From Nannocystis pusilla (lineage in GTDB: Bacteria; Myxococcota_A; Polyangia; Nannocystales; Nannocystaceae): a stretch of DNA of 64,000 bases. A model generated the notes under the pieces. The model did not search any database. It saw only the letters and a list, made by a program, of their open reading frames with translations, and had not been told where the DNA came from. Shown in pieces: positions 56,607-64,000 of this stretch (its first letter is position 1; each line of letters starts with the position of its first letter). Location: contig NZ_JAPNKE010000002.1 in the NCBI RefSeq assembly GCF_026626665.1, positions 3,373,168 to 3,437,167 on the forward strand. The letters are read 5' to 3'. Both the position numbers and the translations under genes were made by a program.

Positions 56607-57223
56607 CGCCGCCCCGTCCGCGCCAGACCTTCGCCTCCGGCGTCGCGCTGGCCATGCTGGTCGCGCTCGCGGGCTGCCGGCCCAAGGCCGGCGATCCGTG
56701 TCGCTGCGCCAGCGACTGCGGCGCCGGCCTCGAGTGTTACGCCGAGGGCGAGAAGATCCTGTCGGGCGACGCCTGCTTCAAGCCGGGCGTCATCGGCCAG
56801 TGCGTCGTCTCCGAGAGCGTCGACACCGACTCCGCCGGCCCCGGCCTGCCCGACATGCCGATCCGCGACGACCTCCCGTCCAAGCGCGACATCGCCGGCC
56901 CGGGCAGCAACAGCCTCAGCGAGAGCGCCAGCGGCCCGACCGACGGCTCCGCCACCGCCTCGTCGATGACCGGCACGACCACCGAGGGCACCGCGACCGA
57001 CGGCACCGCGACCGACGGCACCGCGACCGACGGCACCGCGACCGACACGACGACCACCTCGTCGACCACGGACACGACCACCACGTCGACGACCGACACG
57101 ACCACGACCTCGAGCACCACGGACTCGTCGACCACGAGCACCTCGACCGACTCGACGACGACCACCACCGGCTCGACCACCGACTCGACCAGCTCGACCA
57201 GCACCGGGAGCTCGTCGGGATGA
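56603..57223 (+). CDS. Cys-rich lipoprotein with Thr-rich low-complexity tail (paralogue family A)
   Basis: Lipobox LVALAGC; CRCASDCGAGLECYAEGE...; tail (TATDGTATDG)n TTTTSSTTD... Confidence 0.6.
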   Translation: MTPPRPRQTFASGVALAMLVALAGCRPKAGDPCRCASDCGAGLECYAEGEKILSGDACFKPGVIGQCVVSESVDTDSAGPGLPDMPIRDDLPSKRDIAGPGSNSLSESASGPTDGSATASSMTGTTTEGTATDGTATDGTATDGTATDTTTTSSTTDTTTTSTTDTTTTSSTTDSSTTSTSTDSTTTTTGSTTDSTSSTSTGSSSG

Positions 57224-57705
57224 CGGAGGCCGAGGCCCACTGGCTGTGGCGCCTCGACGCGGACGCCTGGATGCGGTCCGCGCTGACCGAGCTCGAGGCC
57301 GGCGCCGACCACGTCGCCGTCCGCCGCACCGCCCTCACCCACGCCCGCCGGGCCGCCGGGATGGCCCTCAACGCCGTCCTGGTCGCCTGGGCGCACGCCC
57401 AGGGCACGCCTGACGCCCTCGAGGCCGCCGAGTCGCGCTGGGGCCGCAGCTACGTCGACCACCTGCGCCTGCTCGGCGACAGCGGCCCCGAGAACCAGGT
57501 CCCCCTCGGAGCCCGCGCCGCCGAGGCCGCCCGCGCGCTGATGGCCATCCCCGTGGCCATCACCGCCGGCTCCGCCGGCGCCGAGGTCCTCGTCCAGCTC
57601 CACCGCGGCCCCAACCAGGCCGCGCAGCAGGGCCTCGACCACGCCCGCACGATTGTCCACGGCTGCGCGAACGCCATCGCCGACCTGCGAACCGCGGCCC
57701 TGTAG
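57220..57705 (+). CDS. hypothetical alpha-helical protein (possible HEPN-like R-x5-H motif)
   Basis: ATGA start overlaps the upstream stop; RRTALTH motif; 162 aa. Confidence 0.45.
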   Translation: MTEAEAHWLWRLDADAWMRSALTELEAGADHVAVRRTALTHARRAAGMALNAVLVAWAHAQGTPDALEAAESRWGRSYVDHLRLLGDSGPENQVPLGARAAEAARALMAIPVAITAGSAGAEVLVQLHRGPNQAAQQGLDHARTIVHGCANAIADLRTAAL

Positions 57706-57799
57706 CGACCGCTCGCAAGGCGCGGAGGCGCCGCCCGCAAGGCTCGTTCGCCGACGCGAGCGCGCGCGACGCTCGAGCGCGCGGACGCATCGTCTTCAC

Positions 57800-58400
57800 C
57801 CTGCACCGCTCGAGTGCCAACGCGAGCGCAGCGAACGCGTGCTCGATGCGAGCGCGAGCGCCTCGTCCTCATCGACAGTCGCTCCACCACGAGCGCGCAT
57901 CGCCCTCTTCGCTCCTCATGCGAGCGCATCGTCCTCGACGACAGTCGCGCGAGCACGCGAGCGCATCGCCCTCTTCGATCCTCATGCGAGCGCATCGTCC
58001 TCATCGACGGCCGCTCGAGCACGCGAACGAATCGTCAACCTCGACGCTCGAGCGCGCGAGCGCATCGCCGTCACCGATCATCGCTCGAGCGCGAAAGCGC
58101 ATCGTCCTCATCGACGGCCGCTCGAGCCCGCGAAAGAATCGTCAACCTCGACGCTCGAGCACGCGAGCGCATCGCCGTGACCGCTCATCGCTCGAGCGCG
58201 CGAGCGCATCGTCCTCATCGACGGCCGCTCGAGCCCGCGAACGAATCGTCAACCTCGACGCTCGAGCGCGCGAGCGCATCGCCGTCACCGATCATCGCTC
58301 GAGCGCGCGAGCGCATCGTCCTCATCGACGGCCGCTCGAGCCCGCGAACGAATCGTCAACCTCGACGCTCGAGCACGCGAGCGCATCGCCGATCGCATCG
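57800..58400. repeat. higher-order tandem repeat (about 120-bp unit x 3 plus degenerate copies)
   Basis: The unit is built from three about 40-bp sub-units, each beginning cgagcNcgcgaNcgNatcg (for example cgagcgcgcgagcgcatcg-tcctcatcgacggccgct). Nearly perfect 120-bp copies start at about 58058, 58177 and 58297. Confidence 0.85.
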
Positions 58401-58880
58401 CGTCGGTGCTCCTTGAGCGACCCGCTCGCACGCCTCGGGCCTCTCGGTCGACGCTCGCTCGGTCACGAGAGCTCATCGCCCCCAACTGCTCGCGCCTCGA
58501 CGCTCGCGGCACGCATCACCCGACTTGCGGACCTCGTGTACGGCCTGTCGCGCCGCACCCGAAGCCGACGCACGAGCCTGCCCCGATGCATGGCGAGCGC
58601 TGCGGGCACCTCCGGGCGCCGCTCTCGCCGCGGACACAAGTCCGGCGAGCTCGTGCGTCGCCCTCGCCTCGGACACAAGTCCGGCGAGCCCATGCGCTGC
58701 GATCGCGATCGACCTCGCGGACAGCAGTCCGCCGCGCCCCCTTCCGACCCGCGTCCGCGCAGCAGCGTCAGGCGGACAGCAGTCCGAGAACCGGCCGCGA
58801 CATCGGTCCGCGATCGGACCCCACGCCCTCGCGCTGGCACGCATCGGGCCGCGCGCGCGGGCACCTGCTACTGTGAGCCC

Positions 58881-59666
58881 ATGCTCGACGCGCAGCTCCG
58901 CGGCCCCGGCGTCACCGCCGCCCGGCTCGTCTCTGTCCTCGCGTTCCTGTCCTTTGGGGCATGCCAGCGGGTCCCCTACGACGACGACGACACCGCCGGC
59001 AACCAGGGCGACGACGAGAGCGACACCGACACCGACGGCGGGGGCGACACCCAGCCGACCACGGGAGCGCCGGAGCCGCCGCCGGACCTCAACCCGGTCT
59101 ACGACTGTGAACCGTCCGGAACTCCCGCATGTCCCGAAGGACAGAAGTGTACCGCCATCAGCGAGGGCGGCCTGCAGAACCACTTCAAGTGCGTGCCCGA
59201 CGACAGCGCGATCCTTCCGCTCGAGCCGTGCGTGCCTGCGCCCGAGAGCGGACAGGACGCGTGCGGCGCCGGCACCGTGTGCCTCTCGCCGACGCAGGAC
59301 GACCCGACCTCCGGCCTCTGTTTCTCGCTCTGCCGCAACGACATCGACTGCGACCCGGGCCTGTGCGTCACCAGTCCGTTCAGCGGCACGACCTACTGCG
59401 CGGACAGCTGTGATCCTCTCGTGGCCATCTGTCCGCCCAACCTCGGCTGTCGCCAGGGCACCGATCGATTCGTCTGCGAGATGCTGCTCGACGTCGACAT
59501 GGGCACCGAGGGCGCCAACTGCTCCGAGTTCAACGGCCGCGGCTGCGCGCCGACGTACGTGTGCATGCCGGGGGCGCTGGTGCCGATGCGGCTCTTCCAG
59601 CTGCTGCACCTCGACCTGCGCCACGAACGAGGGCGACGCCCAGTGCGCGTCGCCCTCCCTCTGTGA
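58881..59666 (+). CDS. Cys-rich secreted lipoprotein (paralogue family A, larger)
   Basis: Lipobox LSFGAC, an acidic linker, and about 24 Cys in EGF/defensin-like spacing (CEPSGTPACPEGQKC...). 3' end uncertain. Confidence 0.55.
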   Translation: MLDAQLRGPGVTAARLVSVLAFLSFGACQRVPYDDDDTAGNQGDDESDTDTDGGGDTQPTTGAPEPPPDLNPVYDCEPSGTPACPEGQKCTAISEGGLQNHFKCVPDDSAILPLEPCVPAPESGQDACGAGTVCLSPTQDDPTSGLCFSLCRNDIDCDPGLCVTSPFSGTTYCADSCDPLVAICPPNLGCRQGTDRFVCEMLLDVDMGTEGANCSEFNGRGCAPTYVCMPGALVPMRLFQLLHLDLRHERGRRPVRVALPL

Positions 59667-59734
59667 ACCGCTGTTTCCGAGCCCCGCGCCCGGGTTCGAG
59701 AGCATCGGGGCCTGCTTCGTGCCGGCGTAGCCCG

Positions 59735-60346
59735 TCAGGGCTTGAGACAGGCGATCATCGAGATGATGAACTCGTCGACGAAGCTCTGCTCGTCCTTGCG
59801 CGGGAACGCCGGATGCGCCTCGCTGATGCGCCCCGACAGCAGCATCGTGCAGAGCCCGTGGAGCGACATCCAGATACGGAACGAGGCCAGCGACAGGTCG
59901 ACGTCGCCGCGCCAGCAGCCGCGCGCCGCGCCCTCCTCCAGCCAGCCCTGGAACGTCTTGAGCGGGCGCAGCAGCAGGTCCACCTCCTCGGTGTTGTGCT
60001 GCGACCAATCGATCTGCTCGTTACCCATCATCACCGAGTACAGCCACTTGTGCGACTTGGCGAACTGCACATAGTTGCGGCCGGCGTTGACGAGGCGCTC
60101 CGCCGGGTCCTCGGTCGAGGCTGCGGGCTCCAATACCTCGCTCTGCAGCAGTTCGGCCCCGTAGATCCGGATCTCGCGGAGGATCTTCGATTTACTCTCG
60201 AAGTGCTGATAGAGCGCCGTGGCGCTCACTCCGAGGCGGGCCGCGATGCCGCGCATCGTCAGCCCTTCTTCACCCCGCTCGCTCCCGATCTCGAGGCTGG
60301 TTTGGATGATTCCCTGTCGTAGGCCTGCTCGCTGAACACGTGACAT
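59735..60346 (-). CDS. TetR/AcrR-family transcriptional regulator
   Basis: N-terminal HTH (LTMRGIAARLGVSATALYQHF) and C-terminal ligand-binding helices. Confidence 0.9.
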   Translation of the reverse strand: MSRVQRAGLRQGIIQTSLEIGSERGEEGLTMRGIAARLGVSATALYQHFESKSKILREIRIYGAELLQSEVLEPAASTEDPAERLVNAGRNYVQFAKSHKWLYSVMMGNEQIDWSQHNTEEVDLLLRPLKTFQGWLEEGAARGCWRGDVDLSLASFRIWMSLHGLCTMLLSGRISEAHPAFPRKDEQSFVDEFIISMIACLKP

Positions 60347-60386
60347 TCCTCATGACTAGCAGGTTTTTTGCCTGACGGAACCTTGG

Positions 60387-60420
60387 ATTTCCCGGGGGCG
60401 CAACTTGGAACAAGGTTCGT
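60387..60420. promoter_or_regulatory. inverted repeat in TetR/IMPase divergent promoter region (candidate operator)
   Basis: GAACCTTG ... CAAGGTTC arms (60388-60395 and 60411-60418) in a locally AT-richer intergenic region. Confidence 0.3.
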
Positions 60421-60614
60421 AACCCCAAAATGACGTTCAGCGAGAAAAATGCCAGCCTCGGGCGACGGCTGATTTCCGCTGTTTTGTCGCCAGGTTATTC
60501 AAGATTCCACCGCATATCAGGCGCATCCCGATGAGCCGGTCCCGGCCGCGTCCTCAGTGAGATCTCGCCACCCCCTTCAGAGAGCGCCCGAGGGCGCCGG
60601 AAAGAGTTCCCCGC

Positions 60615-61481
60615 GTGGCCACTTTCGACCCCGAGCTCCGACTCGTCCTCTCGCTCGCCCGCGAGGCCGGCGCCATCGCCCTGGCCTATCAGACAGGTGG
60701 TGCCGACGTCATGCAGGCCCAGGACAAGCCTGACGACGCCGGCCCGGTCACTCGCGCGGACACCGAGATCAACGCGCGCCTGGTCGCTGCGCTGCGCGCG
60801 GCCTTCCCCGGCGACGCGGTCGTCGCCGAGGAGTCCGCCGACGACGCCGCTGCAGCCGCCGACGTCTCGCGCTGCTGGTACGTCGACCCGATCGACGGCA
60901 CCGCCGAGTACGCCCGCGGCGAGACGTGCTGGGCGATCCAGATCGGCCTCTGCATCGGCGGCGAACCCGTCCTCGGCGTCGTCTACGAGGCCGGCGCGGC
61001 GCGCCTCTCGTGGGGCATCTGCACGCCCGATCGGCGTGAAGCGTTCGTCATCGACGACAGCGGCGCGGCCACCCCGCTGCGTGCCAGCGGTCGCTCGCTC
61101 GCCGAGCTGCGCCTCGTCAGCAGCCTGAGTCACGCCTCCCCGAAGACCCTCGAGGTCATGCGGGTCCTCGGCATCCCGCCCGAGCGCAACCTCCGGCTCG
61201 GCTCCGTCGGCGTGAAGGTGGGCACCATCGCCCGCGGCGAGGCCGACCTTTATGTCCACCCGCGCAGCGGCACCAAGCTGTGGGACACCTGCGCGCCGTG
61301 GGCCCTGCTGCGCGCCGTCGGCGGCGTCATCACCGATCTGTGGGGCCAACCACTGATCTACGACCCGCTTCGGCTCGGCCACGACCATGGGCTGGTCGCC
61401 TCGCACGGCGCGCACCACGACGACATCCTCGCGGCCATCCGTCCGCTCGTCGACACCTGGTATCGCTCGCCGCACGCATGA
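60615..61481 (+). CDS. inositol-monophosphatase-family phosphatase (CysQ / 3'(2'),5'-bisphosphate nucleotidase-like)
   Basis: Motifs EES, WYVDPIDGT, WDTCA. Confidence 0.85.
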   Translation: MATFDPELRLVLSLAREAGAIALAYQTGGADVMQAQDKPDDAGPVTRADTEINARLVAALRAAFPGDAVVAEESADDAAAAADVSRCWYVDPIDGTAEYARGETCWAIQIGLCIGGEPVLGVVYEAGAARLSWGICTPDRREAFVIDDSGAATPLRASGRSLAELRLVSSLSHASPKTLEVMRVLGIPPERNLRLGSVGVKVGTIARGEADLYVHPRSGTKLWDTCAPWALLRAVGGVITDLWGQPLIYDPLRLGHDHGLVASHGAHHDDILAAIRPLVDTWYRSPHA

Positions 61482-61560
61482 CCTTGCGGACAGGTGTACT
61501 GGCACATGTTCTACCGGACAGGTGTCCTTGGGCCTGTCCGCGCGGACAGGCCCGCAGGCG
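61480..61560. repeat. GGACA/TGTCC-family variant array
   Basis: GGACAGGTGT...CACATGTTC...GGACAGGTGTCC...CCTGTCCgcgcGGACAGG. Confidence 0.8.
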
Positions 61561-61566
61561 CCGACC

Positions 61567-62673
61567 TCAGCGCGACTTTGCGACGATGACGATCGCCGCG
61601 ATCACCGCGGCCACCAGCAGCACGGTCAGCACGATCTTGGCCACGCTCCACGGCCGCTCGCCCGCGACCTCGCCGGTGCGGGCGTTGACGATGAAGCGGA
61701 ACACCTTCTCTTTGTAGCGGAAGCTCGAGATCCACAGCGGCAGGAGCACGTGCTTGCACTTCACGTCCGCGTGGCGGACCTGCATCGACAGGATCTGCTG
61801 CACGTCGCCGCCGATGTCGCTGCGGATGGCCGAGCGGATCTCCGGCTGCATGCGCTCGTCGGCGACCTGGAACCCGTCCTCGAGCCCGATCCGGTAGCGC
61901 TCCGCGATGAACCCGCTGAGGTAGCCGGCTTCGAAGCCGCGCAGGTTGTGGAGGTCCCACGGCTCGAGCTTCTCGATCAGCGGCCGCGGCAGCGACTGCG
62001 ACGCGCACACCAGCACGTCGTCGAAGCCGACGTGCACCGTCCCGCTCGCCGGGCGCCAGCGCGTCTTCTGCACCTGACGCGTCTGCCGGTTGCCCTGCGC
62101 GTCGGTGTACGACTCCGTCACGTAGTAGTGATCGCCGCGCAGCCCCTTGTAGCGCGTCGTCGTCTGCGAGTCGTAGGTCCAGTACGGCAGGTAGACGCCG
62201 TCGATCCCGTGGACCTGCGCCAGCCGCTTCAGGTCGTTCGGCGCGAACCATAGCTTGCGGACCCACTGCTGGAACGCCTCGCGCGCCTTCGGTCCGTCGA
62301 TGCCGAACGGCAGCAGCGACTCGGGCGGTACGATCTCGCCGAGCTCCTTGACGTCCATCACCACCGGCGCGCCGCAGAACGCACAGCGACCCGCCTGCCC
62401 GGCCAGCATCGCCTGCGCCCCGCAGCCCTCGCACTGCACGCTGTGGCCCCCGAGCGTCGACGCCGGCGCGCGGCCGATCCGCTGCAACATGTCCTCGAAG
62501 TCATGTTCGAGGATCGACCGCTCGCCCTGGATCGCCTGCGTGTGACCGCAGTGGTTGCAGCGAAGCTGGTCCGATCCGGGCGCGTACTCGAGGGCCGAGC
62601 CGCACTGCTCGCAGGGGAACGTCAGCTTGCCCTCACCGAGGGCCACGTTGGTTTCGGGGTCGCGCTCGGCCAT
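61567..62673 (-). CDS. membrane-anchored protein with two zinc-ribbon motifs
   Basis: CEQCG...CNHCGH and CEGCG...CAFCG near the N-terminus; C-terminal TM helix (IVLTVLLVAAVIAAIVIV). Confidence 0.55.
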   Translation of the reverse strand: MAERDPETNVALGEGKLTFPCEQCGSALEYAPGSDQLRCNHCGHTQAIQGERSILEHDFEDMLQRIGRAPASTLGGHSVQCEGCGAQAMLAGQAGRCAFCGAPVVMDVKELGEIVPPESLLPFGIDGPKAREAFQQWVRKLWFAPNDLKRLAQVHGIDGVYLPYWTYDSQTTTRYKGLRGDHYYVTESYTDAQGNRQTRQVQKTRWRPASGTVHVGFDDVLVCASQSLPRPLIEKLEPWDLHNLRGFEAGYLSGFIAERYRIGLEDGFQVADERMQPEIRSAIRSDIGGDVQQILSMQVRHADVKCKHVLLPLWISSFRYKEKVFRFIVNARTGEVAGERPWSVAKIVLTVLLVAAVIAAIVIVAKSR

Positions 62674-62799
62674 CGGGCGCGAGTGTACCCGAGCGCCCCG
62701 GTCGCTTGCGACGGCCCGGACCGCGCCGCCCGCCGGTGCGCGATCGTGCCTCCATGACCCGCCTCCGGCAGGCCCGCCTCGCTCGCGCGGCTCGAGCCT

Positions 62800-63105
62800 G
62801 TGGCCTCCGCTCGCGCCGCCGAGACCGTCCAGGAGCTCGAGGGACAGGTCTCGATGGACAGCCTCGGCCAATTCTTCGTCGCCTTCGACGTCCCTGCCGG
62901 CACGCGAGCGATCGAGATCGCCCACGACGACTGTCGGACGACAACATCCTCGACTGGGGCCTCGTCGACCCGCAGGGTGTGTTCCGCGGCCGGGGCGGCG
63001 GCAACGAGGTGAACGCCGTCGTCGTCGAGGCCGCCACCTCGCTCCTACGTCCCCCGCCCGATCGCCGCCGGCACGTGGAGCGTCGTCGTCGGGGCAAGGC
63101 CTTCA
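62800..63105 (+). pseudogene. possible short gene or gene remnant split over three frames
   Basis: Protein-like segments LEGQVSMDSLGQFFVAFDVPAGTRAIEIAHDD, ILDWGLVDPQGVFRGRGGGNEVNAVVVEAATS and SYVPRPIAAGTWSVVVGA follow one another in different frames. Confidence 0.2.
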
Positions 63106-63248
63106 CCGGAGTGACTACCGCAAGCCCCAGGAGGCGAGCCCGCCGCCGCCGCCGAAACCCAGCAGACCGACACGACTCGAAGGACATGTTCTTCCAGTCA
63201 TGTCCCTTCAATCATCCACGAAACCTGTCCCATCGACCAGCCTGGCCG

Positions 63249-63981
63249 TCACACCGCCCGCAGCACGTAGAACGAGTACCCGTAGTCCTCGGCGTGCGCG
63301 CGGAACATCGCCACCTCCGCCTCCGTCTCGCGGATGGCCGCGCGCATCGCCGCGTCCGCCGTCTCACGGAGCTCTTCCATCCGGCGCAGGCGCGGCCCGT
63401 AGTAGTTGTCCCACCACGCTCGCGCCGGCAGCCGGTGCACGCCCAGCACCGCGAACCCCGCCTCACGCGCGTGCGCGGCGTTCGTCGCCTCCGTCCCCAT
63501 CGCCGGATAACCGGAGGCCCAGTACTCGCGCGCCGCCGCGGCCGGCGAGTCGGTCCACCAGCTCGCCTCCGAGATCACCGCGACCCCGCCCTGCGCCAGC
63601 AGCGGTCGCCAGCGCTGCACCGCGCCGGCGAACGTCAGGTGGTACGCCGCCCCTCCGACCACAGCAAGTCGAGCGATCCAGCCGGCCAGTCGAGCGCTCG
63701 AAGTCGGCCTCCACCGCGCGCACGAGCGACGCGAGCCCGCGCTCGCGCGCCCGCGCCTCGAGCTGGTCGAGGAACGCCCGCAACCCGTCGACCGCGATCA
63801 CCGGCGCCCCGAACGTCTCCGCCAGCAGCAGCGCCCCGGCCCCCGCGCCGCAGCCGAGGTCGGCGATCCGCGGCGCCTCCGGCAGCGCCGGCAAGCCCGC
63901 CAGGATCTCCCGGCTGAACTGCGTGTCTCCCGGCCCCATGCGCTCGAGCCCGCGGTGCAGCTCGATGAGCGCGGCCATCAT
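63249..63981 (-). CDS. class I SAM-dependent methyltransferase
   Basis: Motif I IADLGCGAGAGALLLAE and post-I VIAVD. The C-terminal half is on another frame (join near 63640). The true start may lie above 63981, near the window edge. Confidence 0.7.
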
Positions 63982-64000
63982 TTCTTCTCCCGTCGGCTCG

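Overview
The window is a high-GC (~70%) chromosomal segment, almost certainly from a myxobacterium. One secreted protein ends in a MYXO-CTERM-type sorting signal (GCGC + hydrophobic stretch + RRRR), and several kinases are multidomain Ser/Thr kinases with AAA/TPR or cNMP-binding domains. It carries roughly 50 genes: housekeeping genes (metG, purT, carB-greA, CysQ/IMPase-like, arginase-family, amino-acid permease), many secreted proteins and lipoproteins, and regulators (TetR, AraC/GlxA, HTH). I saw no rRNA or tRNA genes, no CRISPR array, and no transposase or integrase.

Three caveats and observations shape the annotation:
- **Apparent frameshifts are probably assembly errors.** Many conserved genes are split between adjacent frames, and wherever I read the junction it falls in a homopolymer or dinucleotide run (G6-7, A4-5, (CG)n, (GT)n, cc/gg). 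I therefore report merged gene spans and treat these as assembly errors rather than pseudogenes. The six-frame ORF track is dominated by antisense and alternate-frame artefacts of the high GC content.
- **A pervasive palindromic repeat.** A short element with half-sites GGACA/TGTCC (core GGACATGTCC, or TGTCC-N4-GGACA) recurs about 30 times, often as tandem arrays with a 15-bp period. It sits mostly between convergent gene ends and occasionally inside coding sequence.
- **A SiaABC-like partner-switch operon (24.1-30.4 kb).** The operon contains a Cache/HAMP/PP2C phosphatase, a GHKL kinase and a DUF1987/SiaC-like phosphoprotein. The output gene is a class III adenylate/guanylate cyclase rather than a GGDEF protein. 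The operon also holds a second SiaC-like domain fused to a SAM methyltransferase and an slr1658-like GHKL protein. A cNMP-binding Ser/Thr kinase lies convergent and adjacent.

Other points worth a look are a radical-SAM/SPASM + MFS + unknown-gene cluster, two higher-order tandem-repeat tracts, a candidate small RNA with promoter and intrinsic terminator, and a family of Cys-rich/Thr-rich lipoproteins around carB-greA.
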